Of a stretch of DNA of 64,000 nucleotides, positions 13,145 through 26,929 are shown in pieces; positions within the stretch are counted from its first letter, which is position 1, and each line of letters starts with the position of its first letter. Made by a program: the position numbers and the translations under genes. Origin of the DNA: Eledone cirrhosa (lineage: Eukaryota); the NCBI GenBank assembly GCA_964016885.1, contig OZ024744.1, positions 82,584,001 through 82,648,000 on the forward strand, written 5' to 3'. The notes under the pieces are model-generated. The model was not told the origin of the DNA and made no database searches. It saw nothing but the letters and a program-made list of their open reading frames with translations.

Positions 13145-14225
13145 CAGGTTCAATAAAACGTGGTTTTGATGACTCCTAACCAGTAGAGGATCCGGTGGAC
13201 CATCCACCATAGGGTCCACAAACTATGGGTGGTTGTTGTTGTCCATTGGTCATTGTTAGGGGACCTACAGGGGGGGGCGTTGTGGGGGGGCCTTAACCGG
13301 GGTTTATCCATATAGCTTGAGGAAAGTTCCCGTCCTTAGGTGTCTGCAGGCACCGAATAAGTCGGCCCTTCTGCTTAATAGCTTGGTTCCGCTTTGAAGT
13401 ATCTCGAGTGTCTCACTAAGAAAGAGATTGCAAATGCCAGACCCGCCTCTGTCTGGGGGAACCTTTCTAACCACGGACCAGACCAGAGAGTGCGGGGTCT
13501 TTTCAAGTTTGAGCTTCCAGATTAAAGGAATGGCGATAGTTATACCACCGATGTTTGAAGCTCGTCGCTGTGGATCCTATGTAGTGGTGCTCCGAGTTAG
13601 TGGATGTGACCTTGCACCTGTAGACTAGGTTTTTCGTCATGCATTCATTACTAAGGGGGCATAGTGATGGGTCTCTGCAATTACATGACTTCTTAAGCCC
13701 CACCACATGTACCGCGTGGTTACCATCACTCGGAGTTGGCTGGGTAGCCTCCGCAATCAGCACAGGGTCATTGGGTTCCGGTGTGCTAGTTGGGCTTGTC
13801 CGGGTTCCGGTGCGTCCTACTTGCTGGTTCTGTTGGGTGGCTCCGGGGTTTACGGTGGTATTAGAGGCAGTGAGCCTATTCCTATTTATGCCAGCTATGT
13901 GCTGGACTACGGAGCGTGTAGTTGAGTAGGAAAGTTTTACCGTGTGCCTGTTGAATATTTTATGGTACTTGTGGGCACTAGGGAAACATTTATTCAGTAC
14001 TCTAAACAATCTTCTAGCCAGGCTGGTACGTAGACCCACCGAGTACAGAGGGTTATACCATGTGTATTCCTGGTCCTATTCTTACGGGTTTGTTCGGTGT
14101 CCGCCGTGGTCCATCGCGTGGTTGTGCACATCTCAGGTCGAGCTCGGTTGGTGTCACTCAGGTGTGCGGAGAGGGCACTATCGTGAGGGTTATTTTTGGA
14201 AGCTGTTGCATTTAATGGTTGCATT
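13140..14225 (-). mobile_element. 5'-truncated Naiad-like Penelope retroelement (RT thumb end, CxCx5Cx5C linker, GIY-YIG endonuclease)
   Basis: ORF 13503-14039: HKYHKIFNRHTVKLSYS, CNCRDPSLCPLSNEC, LVYRC...YIGST...FKHRWYNYRHSF; frameshifted C-terminus. Confidence 0.88.
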
Positions 14226-14270
14226 TAATAGGGTACGTCAAAATTATTTATAAAACTGTTTATATATTAT

Positions 14271-14333
14271 ATTTTGTCTGATGAAGGCATACCATATTTT
14301 AATTTGGTATCCCTGAAATATGTATAATGAAAT
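14271..14333 (+). ncRNA. Type I hammerhead ribozyme in PLE pLTR (14225-14465)
   Basis: AUUUUGU-CUGAUGA-aggcauacca...ugguaucccu-GAAA-UAUGUA-UA^AUGAAAU; same family as 11505. Confidence 0.8.
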
Positions 14334-14489
14334 AAATATGGTTTTATAAATATAGTTTCCATTTATTTAATATCGTATATCTACTCCAAAAACTTGTCGA
14401 GTGCTTTATATCAGTTATAAAATATTTACTTGTTGTATCCCAACAATTTTAAATAGAACTTTTGCATATATATATATATATATATATAT

Positions 14490-14622
14490 ATTGGTTTCTT
14501 ATATAGGCACAGGGCCAGTGATTTTCGGGGAGGGGAAAGTCGATTAAATCGCCCCCAGTGCTTGACTGGTACTTTTTTTTATCGACCCCGTGAGGATGAA
14601 AGGCAAAGCCAATCCACCGCCC
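14490..14622 (-). mobile_element. SINE family A variant with internal deletion and longer 3' region
   Basis: Reverse complement reads gggcggtggattgg joined to ctttgcctttcatcc...gtcgataaaa...gtaccag. Confidence 0.75.
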
Positions 14623-14679
14623 TATATATATATATATATACAATATATTAACAAATGGAAACTATATTTATAAAACCAT

Positions 14680-14743
14680 ATTTCATTATACATATTTCAA
14701 GGGCAACCAGAGCAAACTATGGTGCCCTTTCATCAGATAAAAT
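14680..14743 (-). ncRNA. Type I hammerhead ribozyme in PLE pLTR (14640-14820)
   Basis: AUUUUAU-CUGAUGA-AAGGGCACC...GGUUGCCCUU-GAAA-UAUGUA-UA^AUGAAAU. Confidence 0.8.
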
Positions 14744-14815
14744 ATAATATAGGTTAGTTTTATAAATAAATATTGACATACCCTTAAAAAATGCAACCAT
14801 TCTGGTTGGAATCTC

Positions 14816-14872
<57 letters not shown>

Positions 14873-15170
14873 AATGAAAGTATAGAAATTATTGTGAGCG
14901 TGAAGCCAACAGTATTTCACAATATATGTGACTATAACGTCAAAATGGAAAATAATTAACGTTAGATGTGGGAAAATAATTCAAACTCAATTAAAAAAAA
15001 TCAAGACATAGATTTATCCATAGAATTTTGTGAAATCCAGGGAAAAATCAATAGAGCCTTAACTCTGAATAAAATAAAGTTTAAATACTCATCCTTCAAT
15101 TGGAAAAACTTTATATATATAAATAAAATAACAGGAGGCTGGACTGGTGTAAATCCTTGAAAGGTTTATT

Positions 15171-15228
15171 ATACTATGATCATTTCAATGACCGGGTTCC
15201 ATATGAATCTGGTGATATCATCAGGTAT
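15171..15228 (-). ncRNA. Type I hammerhead ribozyme; second copy at 26110-26167(-)
   Basis: AUAC-CUGAUGA-stem II-GAAA-UGAUCA-UA^GUAU-AAUAAA, within a ~130-bp repeat shared by 15124-15250 and 26063-26190. Confidence 0.78.
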
Positions 15229-15423
15229 TTGAAATATAACAAAGGAATATGTAAAACCATGGGTCCGAAAAAACAGAGACTGAGAGGACGACTGACCAAC
15301 TAGCTGCTTTCACCTCGGCCAGTCGCCCTCAAAGTGGTGGCTACTCGGTCTGTTAATGACCATCTGGTGAGGGGGCGAAGGCTTATAATGTACTACCACC
15401 TCTCCGTCAAAGAATAAAAAAGG

Positions 15424-15425
<2 letters not shown>

Positions 15426-15473
<48 letters not shown>

Positions 15474-15488
15474 AGAAAAAAGAAAGAA
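15426..15488. repeat. (GAAA)n microsatellite
   Basis: Direct reading; follows an AATAAA, so it may be a retroelement tail. Confidence 0.9.
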
Positions 15489-16340
15489 GTCAGCGTAAGG
15501 GTCACACTACAGTCAAGCTAGAAAACGCCGCGAAAAATGTTATTCCAAAGAATCTATATTTTAACAAAGGCATATATAATTGGTGTCTGTATGGTCTAAT
15601 GTGTGAATAAAAAATTGGAACGTTAAACTTATGTTACGAGTTATAGGATGAAATTAAATTAAAAAAATAATAAATTGAAAAATAAATTGAAAAATAAATA
15701 AATAAAAAAATTATTAGAAAATTTCTTTAATTAACTTACAGAGAGAGTCTTATATAAAAAAGTTAATCCCGATAAGATATCAGGGTGGGATATAGAGTAA
15801 AGATTAAAGCCTTCGATTTTGAATCCCAACCAGCACCTCCTAACCACGTGTCAGCCAGTTTCGAGTGGTATCATCCAGCGAAAGAAATGGAAATTAATTT
15901 TTCCGAGTACTCTAGGAACGTAGCTACCTTAGGCCCCGGGTGCGCTAGCGGAAAGTCTACAATTTCGGCAGGCCATCGTTTATACCAAACGAATACTATT
16001 AATTCACACATGAGGGGTTTATTTACGTGCCAGTAGAGGCATGATACAGCTAACAGTTATGCCTAAGCCTAGAGTTTATAGGTATAAGTATAATATGGCG
16101 GCCAAAACAGGCGTCGCGGCGGCCCCGGGGCAAAGCCAGCCGCTCCGAGTAATTTCGTTTACCGAAAGAGGGGAAATTTGTTTTCCCAAGCACTCAAGGA
16201 AGGCTGAACTTTCCGAGTGCCCGGCGCGCAGCCGAGAAAAGCCACCACATCAGTCGAAGGTAGCAAAACCCAATGAAAAGTGCAAATAGACTATAATTAT
16301 TTCAAAGTCCCAGTTAGTCTGGGTTATAAGTAGTGTGGTT

Positions 16341-16467
<127 letters not shown>

Positions 16468-16480
16468 CTTTTATAATATA

Positions 16481-17562
16481 CTAGCATGAAAGCCCGGCGT
16501 TACTCGGGTCAGTAAGTTACCAAAGTTAGGTTGCACCACCCATTTTATGGCAGCACTCTTTTGTCTGCCAGCCACTTGGTGAATGAATTGCAGACCTGGA
16601 CTGCCGAAGCAGGAGCTACACCAGCAGTGACAATTGTAGTTTCGCCTATGGATATTATCTCTGTGAAAAGAAGTGTTGAAATTTATTGTTTCACAGTACT
16701 TGCGCAACACGCGCGTAGACGATGCCAGCCGAATAACAGAGCTGCGATGGAGTTGTTCTGCATGGTTGTCTAATGTGTTTTCTAAATTTAAGACAGTAGG
16801 GACGGGTGTGATATGGGGGAGAGTTAGCCGCTGTTTCTAGCAGGTTTAGTGACCTCATAGAGGATATGTTTTCTAAATTTAAGACAGTAGGGAGTGGTGC
16901 GATATGGGGGAGAGTTAGCTGCTGTTTCTAGCAGGTTTAGTGACCTCATAGAGGATATGTTTTCTAAATTTAAGATAGTAGGGAGTGGTGTGATATGGGG
17001 GAGAGTTAGGTGCTGTTTCTAGCAGGTTTAGTGACCTCATAGAGGATATTATTGTGTATAGTAAATAAACTGATACTTCTTTCTTCCACGTTCGTTGAGA
17101 GGTTTTAAAAAAGATTTATCGCTATTTTTGTTGTTGTTGAATAAATTTATCTGTTGCTTTTGAATAATTGTTGTTTCGTATGAAATGTAATAATTTCTCT
17201 TTGTCATTGAAGTAAATAAATGTTTGACCGTTCCACACTCAAAAACAAACGCTCTCTCTCTCTCTCTCTCTCTTCGGCGTTCCTAAAGGAAGTTTGTAAG
17301 CATGTATGTAGTTTTATCGAATTTGAAGGGGAGTAGAGAGAGGTAGGCAGATTCTATTAGAAGGGAAAAGCGTCATGTATTTAGTTTTATCGATTATTTC
17401 CATAATTGTCGGTGAGTTTGAATGAAATAAATAGTCGTTGACCTAAGTTAGACCATTTACAACATTCTTACAGACTTTGAGTCGAATTGGTTTGAAATTA
17501 TGCAAATGTATAAACATGGAACATGTGCACACACACAACAACAACAATCTGCCTTTTATAGA
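16481..17562 (-). mobile_element. Non-autonomous Helitron
   Basis: Minus strand starts A|TCTATAAAAGG and ends with hairpin CCCGAGTAACGCCGGGC, a short spacer, then CTAG|T. Confidence 0.75.
16774..17048. repeat. 91-bp minisatellite x3 inside the Helitron
   Basis: tgttttctaaatttaagacagtagggag...gtgacctcatagaggata repeated three times. Confidence 0.93.
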
Positions 17563-17751
17563 TAATTGTTTCTACTTTAGGCACAAGGCCAGCAATTACC
17601 CAGTTCATTACTGGTACTTTATTTTATCGACCCCGTAAGGATGAAAGGCAAAGTCAACCTCGGCGGGATTTGTACTCAGATCGTAAAGGGACGTAACTAT
17701 GCTGGAAAGCATGGCGTCCGACCCTCTACCGATACTGCCAATCCACCGCCC
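17563..17751 (-). mobile_element. Full-length SINE family A (tRNA-derived head, Nin/Deu-like core) with 15-bp TSD
   Basis: A box TGGCAGTATCGG, B box GTACAAATCCC, core GCCTTTCATCCTTACGGGGTCGATAAAATAAAGTACCAG; TSD ccttttatagataat. Confidence 0.92.
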
Positions 17752-18718
17752 TTTTATAGATAATGATTGCTGTCTATTGTGTCCAACTGCCATTTCCTAT
17801 TCCAGCATCACAAACCCATATACTGTCAGCAGGTATTTATAATATCATCATGGCATTAATAATTATTTATTTTTTGTTTGTTTCCCGTATTTTTTAAAAA
17901 TAAAGATTCGCTCAAAGTTTTCTCATTTTTTTTCATTCATGCATTTCTACGAAAACAAATTAATCCAGTTAATTAGTCTCTGATTGACAGCATCTATGGG
18001 ACTCTTTCTCATCAACACTTTGCATGGCATTATCTGAATAAAAGCTACATCTCTTATGTATAGGATGCTCATGTATCACTCTTAACGTTTCCTGTGGGAA
18101 GGATTTGAACGCAGTTCTAGAAGTCATCGAATAATCTGTCAACCCTATTCTGACACTACATATGGGCTGTTGACAGATCGGTCATAGTATAGTACATTGA
18201 ACAATACTAAACTCAATTGGGTCGTTCCAAGTAGATACCTTGGTCATGATCACTGTACAGTGAATTATACAATTCTGTGAATATATTAACAGAAACTTAG
18301 TGAACTCGTGATAGTTTGGTGCGCTGGTTATGAACCCAATACAGTGTAGCGCAAATGAGTACCTACTTTAAACTAGGTAGATTAATATGTTGACAGTTAA
18401 GTGTAATGGTATATGGAATACATCGAGCTAGGTTTTCTTGGCATAAAACAATGAACAATACGAATATTAATCCTATTCAGAACTAGGTAGGCTGGATTTG
18501 ATAACAATTGGATGTTTGAATTATGGACACAATTCAATAAATTATATAGATCAGCTAAGCACATTAGTCTGTTTAGAACTAAGAGACATATGCATTAACA
18601 GAGGACAAGATAATAACCACTGGCGTTTCAGCTAGTTTTCCAATATTCCATATCATCCGCAATTTGTGTTTCCAATCCATAATGAATATATACACACACA
18701 CCACACACACACGCACCT

Positions 18719-18775
<57 letters not shown>

Positions 18776-19445
18776 TCCCATAGTACTTATTACACACACA
18801 ACATGGAATCGTTTAGATACATAACTTGTCTGGAAATACCGAGAAATTGTTAGACATTTGCTATTTAATATGGAAGATAAAATTATCTATATGTCAAGTC
18901 GTCCATCTTCACAGATAAACAAAATCGCCTGTTTTTAGTGGCCAACTCAGAGAACGAATTCTGTACGATAAATGTTTGTATATCTTAGAGGTTATTTTCA
19001 GGAAAATATATTATCTGTCAGTTTTTTCAAAATCATTTTATAGCGGTTTATTCTAATATCACTTTAACGTTCTTTAAATAAAATTATTATAGGTATTATT
19101 AAAATTCCTTCAAGCTAAACGTATCACATTTTGAGTATAAACCTTGTTTTTAATTATAAAATCGTGTTTAATTGTTACTCTACGTAACTTAAATGATTAT
19201 TTTAACCATTTTTCGTAACTATATTTCTAATGAAAACATTGTCTTTGTTTTAAATCCTTTTGAAAATAATAATAAAAAAATGGAGTGATTCAAAAATTTT
19301 ATTTTCCCTTTATTAAGTGGTGTTTTCAGCATAACGTGATAACGGTTCCTACATAAAATGCAGGAAGGCTTTTAGATAAAACACTTAAAAATTAATAGTT
19401 TCATATAAAACTAGGGGTTTTTTCAGGTGGTTTGACATAAAAAAC

Positions 19446-19641
19446 TTTCTTTCTTTCTTTCCTTTCTTCTTTCTTTTTTTCTTTCTTTCTTTCTTTCCTT
19501 CTTTCTTTACATCTTTCTTTCTTTCTTATTTCTTTCTTTCTTCTTTCTTACATCTTTCTTTCTTTCTTTTTTTTCTTTAATTCCTTCTGTCTTTACATTT
19601 TTCTTTCCTTTTTTCTTTCTTTCTCTCATTCTTTTCTTCCT

Positions 19642-19737
<96 letters not shown>

Positions 19738-19808
19738 TCATTCTTCTTTCTTTAATCTTTCTTTCCTTCTGTCTTTACATCTTTCTTTTTCTTTCCTTCA
19801 TTCTTTAC

Positions 19809-19841
<33 letters not shown>

Positions 19842-20024
19842 TCCTTCTTTTTTCTTTCTTTCTTTCCTTCTTTCTTTCCTTCCTATCTTCTTTCTTTCTT
19901 TCCTTCTTTCTTTCTTTCTTTCTTTCTTTCTTTTCTTCTTTATTTCTTCTCTCCTTCCTTCCTTCCTTCCTTCCTTCCTTCCTTCCTTCCTTCCTTCCTT
20001 CCTTCCTTCCTTCCTTTCTTTCAT
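19446..20024. repeat. Polypyrimidine (TTTC)n/(TTCC)n tract
   Basis: About 580 bp, almost entirely pyrimidine on the plus strand. Confidence 0.95.
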
Positions 20025-20627
20025 TCTTGCTTACTTATTTACTTTCTGTTCCTCTCTCACTATCTGCTTTATTTTTTCGTTTTGTAATTGTTTCTCTTTT
20101 CATTTTCTTTCATTTATTTTTCTTTCTCCCTTTTTTGCTTTTTCTCTTAGATAAATATTGTTTTCTATCATTTGTACCTCTCCTCTTTCTTTTTGCCTAT
20201 TCCCCCCTTTCTGTTTCTCAAGTATTCTGTCCCCTTATCAGTATACACCCAAAGGAAAATGTTACTCACATGATCTTCGCTCTCCCTATGATGTTACTAA
20301 TATGACTTCCTACCTATATTGCAATATTGCTGACCATAACATAGAACACATTTCTATTCTTTTCTTTCCTTATTGAATGTTAAATGGAATCTTCCAATAC
20401 AAGAATAGAAATCTGACGCGGGTGCAATATCATAACAATAAGACACAATTGTCAAGTTAAAACCATGTTATGCTATTATAGAATTGTCTGTGGAATTGTA
20501 ATTTGATATCTTCCATCCTACCACTTTCTCACAACAGTGTTGACAAGATATTCATAAAGTGAACATCAGTAACCTATAGCCTAGCTTCGTATGTTTCTGT
20601 CTCTCAACAATAAAGACAACTATCTAT

Positions 20628-21723
20628 CTCACCGGTCAACCGGTGTGGGCCCCGTTTGTGAGGCGAGCCTTTCCCAGATTCGTCTCGCTCACCGAGCTGC
20701 AATCCTGGGTCAAGCAAAGACCGAGAAAACTGGGCGCCTGGCACACCGAGTGTGCCCAGGCGCTCACGGCTCTCTGGCAGGCGGACCCGGCTGTCAGTGG
20801 AGAATCCACCTCGTCATTCTATAGAGGGCTGGTGATTAGCAGGTGCGACGACGCCCTCGGAGAAGCCCTAGGCATGGAGGAAGACGAACTGGCCAACCTG
20901 TTCGGTAGGACATTCAGCCCAGGACCCATGGATAACTTCCAGAGGTCCCTGGCCTGGCAGTGCTACCGAGGGGCTCTGCCCGTTCGAGAAAGGCTCTACA
21001 GACACGGGCGCCCGGTTAGGGACCCTTCGAAAAAGATCTGTCCCAGATGCGTGTGCGACGAGGAAACCATTGCACACGCATTGGTACACTGCTCGGGCAT
21101 TGCCGATCTGTGGGGCTATGTCGAACAACTGCTGTCAAGGGTGGGACCGATCCGGTTGACCACCGAGTCTATTGTTACGATCAAGCCGCCTCACGTCTTC
21201 AAAAACGAAGGAGAGGCGGTGTTTCTGTGCGTAATAGACATGGTGAAAGAGGTTGTATGGTGGACGCGTCTGAAAGGACTGAGGTTAGACACCTTTCTCT
21301 CTGGCCAACAACTGGTCCGTTTCTTCCGATATCATTTCGGAAGAAGGATCAGGATGGAGAGAGAGGTGCTGCACCCCAGCCGTTTTTATGAAAGATGGGT
21401 GAAAGTGGTGAGAATGGCCTGTGTGAATGGGCCTTCACTCTACATCAGACTGTAGGTGAGAAAGATGAAAGTTCATGGGAGCACCCTCTCTCTGTGCTCC
21501 CGAGGAGAAGGATTGCACACTTTTTTCGGGGGTGTGTGCGACCCCCCAAGGCGCCTCTTCCCTATTGAGGATTTTGTTTTTCAATTTATTTTTGTTATAT
21601 TTTATATTTTATATTTTTATATTTTGTTATTTCCTCATCCTTATTGAGGACGCCTTGTTATGTAAACTCCCCCCTTTGTACTTGTCCCACTCTTTGATGC
21701 CCTGGTGGCAAATAAAAAGAAAG
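20628..21723 (+). mobile_element. Tx1/L1-clade LINE 3' fragment (ORF2 C-terminal CCHC domain, 3' UTR, polyA signal)
   Basis: ORF 20643-21455: LAWQCYRGALPVRERL...CPRCVCDEETIAHALVHC (zf-RVT type); AATAAA at 21710 followed by (TATC)n. Confidence 0.9.

Positions 21724-21724
<1 letters not shown>

Positions 21725-21817
<93 letters not shown>
21725..21817. repeat. (TATC)n microsatellite
   Basis: Direct reading. Confidence 0.97.
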
Positions 21818-21818
<1 letters not shown>

Positions 21819-21916
21819 CACACATACATACATAATAAAGAAACATATCTATCTGCATACATACATTTATATATTAACACTAATAAGACTTTTTTACCTC
21901 TGTTTGTTGTTTCATT

Positions 21917-22038
<122 letters not shown>

Positions 22039-22039
22039 A

Positions 22040-23200
22040 GAGTATTGAAGTTTGCTTGAAGCATTGTGGAACAATAAGTAAATATCTTTAAGTCGTTTGG
22101 AAGCCTCGACAATGCAAATGGGTAAATCTCCGGGTAACAAGGTCCGGTGGTGGAGAGAGAGATGTAAGTGGGTGTACGTTGAGATGCGTGGTGTGTATAA
22201 GATGTGTGAGATGTGTAGAATGAAGAGTATGAAGGATAGAATAAAAATAACAACACAGGAGAGAGTTACCTTGGGAGAGATTTAATAGTCCCTATATATT
22301 TCGGATTCACATCCATTAACTGGGGGTTTTTTCCGGGGTGGGGGAAAAGGTTGTCTGTCGGACAGGTCCGGAATGCGTCCTTCGCTGTTTGTTGTTCAAT
22401 ACATGCGAAGTATAGGAAAGAGATAGACCAATACTGGGGTGAATTAAAAAGACAAAAAAACAGTTCGGTACTATACGAACACGCCAGACAAAAGCATGAC
22501 GGTGATATAGACAACATAGAAATTAAAATAATATCTAAACATAGAAATGACACAACAGGTAGACAAATCAGAGAAACCACTGAGATAGAACTAAGAAAAC
22601 CAAAGTTGAACAGAAAAAATGAATGGAAAAACAACAAAAACCCATTCACAAACACACAATAGTGACCTAAGATAGATATAAATAAATATACACAGGTACA
22701 ATAACGACCACACATAAACACACACTAGTGAACAAAGATAGAATACAAACACACACAGACTCAGACACAAACACACACCAAACAGAAAATATACAACAAA
22801 ACGCATGCGCAACAGAGACAAGAATAATTAAATAAATAAATAAATAAATAAGTGAATAATTAAATAAAATAAACAAATAAATCAAAATCAAAAATGGCGT
22901 AGACATTGCAATACAATGGTTGGAAACATAATAGTACCACTGATGATGTCACAGGTGTGTGATGAAAGAACTTTGATAGACTATATATATATATATATAT
23001 ATTTATATTTTAACCGTTGGTCAATCAATGATAAACATTGATTGCCATCTAAATTAACTATAGAGATATAAAATATACAGAAGCGAAAACCAATCCAAAC
23101 CAAACAGTAAGTGTGTTTTATTATTATTTCTGGCAATATTATAACAATATGACCCTCCCCAAATATAACAATATTTGTTTCAACACACGATTTCATTAAA
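22040..23200 (+). mobile_element. PLE remnant: inverted pLTR (22040-22400), GIY-YIG C-terminus (22400-22660) and downstream terminal region
   Basis: SVLYEHARQKH...IKIISKH...RQIRE..EIELRKPKLNRKNEW; 22050-22400 is related in inverse orientation to 48580-49080; 22895-23170 matches 60335-60620. Confidence 0.72.
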
Positions 23201-23253
23201 AAAAATCTTGCAAAACAAATTCATCTCTGTCACAGCAAAAGCTTATATATATA

Positions 23254-24160
23254 CTAGTAGCAGTACCCAGCGTTGCCTGGGTAGGTAAAATAATATCTGC
23301 TTTGATGAAAAGGTGTTGATCTTAGCGACTGCGAGTTTCTTGAAAATCGGTCGTAAGGTGTAGCAAATGGCGAAATGTTGAGTGAAATCGGGTGGAATAT
23401 GTGGGAGGTGGAAAAAATCGTATTTGGAAGAGTTAAACGGCTGCCACGCCGTCCCTGAACAAAAAATGCAAAGTGTAAAGCTACTATAAGATGTGCAATG
23501 ATAAGTTCTATCGTAGTTCAAAAGTTGAACCAAATAAATTGATTTATGTGTGAGGTGGAGCCGAAGTTTCGAATTTGAACAACATCGGTTGAAAAATGTG
23601 GGAGCTAGAGCCGAAAAGGCGGACATTTTAGCGAAAAGGTGGTGTTTTCGAATATTTAAGCGTCTGCCACGCTGTTCCTGAACAAAAAATCAAAAATGTA
23701 AAATAACTTTAAGACGTGAAATAATCAGATCTAACGTAGTGTAAAATTTGAACAAAGTAGGTTGATTAATGTGGAAATTTGAGTCTAAAAGTGGTATGTT
23801 TGAATATTTAAGCGGCTACCCCGCCTTCCCTGAACACCAAATGCAAAATATAAAGCCATTACAGGATGTGCAATGATAAATTCTATTTTGATTTAAAATT
23901 AGAACGAAATCGGTGGCAAAATGTGGGAGCCAGAGCCAAAAATCTTATTTTTCGATACCTAAAAAAGTGACCCCCTATCGATTTTTATCTGCAGAATGAC
24001 CCCGGAATAAAAAACGATACGCTCATATATAGAAAACACTCCCCGATGATTAATCTATGAGCCTGTAAAGTTTCATGAAAATCGGTCGTAAGACGTAGGC
24101 CCCTATAGGTAATACACAGACACACAGACACACACACATACAATTTTATATATATACAGA
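23254..24160 (-). mobile_element. Non-autonomous Helitron with internal ~160-210-bp tandem repeats
   Basis: Minus strand starts A|TCTGTATATATATAAAA and ends CCCAGGCAACGCTGGG...CTAG|T; repeats at about 23435, 23655 and 23805. Confidence 0.75.
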
Positions 24161-24300
24161 TATATATTTATCTACTTCTCTACCTAACTGATCGGATCTA
24201 GCTGTCGAAACGGCCGGAGCTCAGCCGTCGAGGTCCTGACTCAAGTATTGAATAGTCTGGTGCGTTATGGTCCACCCGGTATCTTACCACACACTCTTTG

Positions 24301-25921
<1,621 letters not shown>

Positions 25922-26214
25922 TATATATATATATATATATTTATTTATTTAGGTTTGTTGTATGGTCAATCTCGATGTAATATTATGGAGAGCACTCAAC
26001 GTAATGCAACTCACCCGTGTTCGTTTGTGTAGTTGGTGGTGCGAGTACGGAGTTAATTATTATAAAATAACAGGAGGCTGGACTGGTGTAAACCCTTGAA
26101 AGGTTTATTATACTATGATCATTTCAATGACCGGGTTCAGTATGAATCCGGTGACATCATCAGGTATTCAAAATATGACAAAGGAATATAACAGATAAAA
26201 TCGATTATAATATA

Positions 26215-26394
<180 letters not shown>

Positions 26395-26453
26395 AGATAC
26401 AGAGCAGTAATATTGAATTCACAAGAATCAAAGTTATGTTTAAAACATTTATT

Positions 26454-26500
26454 TGCTGACAATTGTTTCTTCCAAACCTAGGCTTGTAGTCTTCGGAGCA
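26454..26500 (-). ncRNA. Hammerhead ribozyme (U4C core) in the inverted pLTR
   Basis: UGCU-CCGAAGA-cuaCAAGC cuag GUUUGgaa-GAAA-CAAUUG-UC^AGCA. Confidence 0.72.
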
Positions 26501-26929
26501 TTTTTAATGTTTGTACATATAATTGACCTCCTACTCAACCAAAGAAACATACAGATACATATATATATATATTGATGTTGTTTACAACAATTTCAAGTTT
26601 ACAGTGTGGAATTGATGCGACATATATTATATTATACTGTATTTGTACAATAATTCAAATTAAGATTAAAATCAAAATTAAATTTAAAAACAAGCAAATA
26701 AATGTTTTAAACATAACTTTGATTCTTGTGAATTCAATATTACTGCTCTGTAAAAGAACTAATGTTCTTACATTGAGCTATTTATCTTACTGATAATAAG
26801 GTAGTAATACATTACTGACCTTCCTTGTTTATAGTTGTTTATAGTATAATATATTCATAGTTATAAATAGTATCTTTAATATTATTAACTGCTCCATACT
26901 GTTGAGCTAACATACATTAAATTATCAGT

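Noticed and set aside
18134-18178. Pre-miRNA
   Set aside because: The stem is only about 15 bp and I recognise no mature miRNA sequence.
19752-20024. Lys/Glu/Arg-rich ORF
   Set aside because: Translation of the (TTTC)n/(TTCC)n tract.
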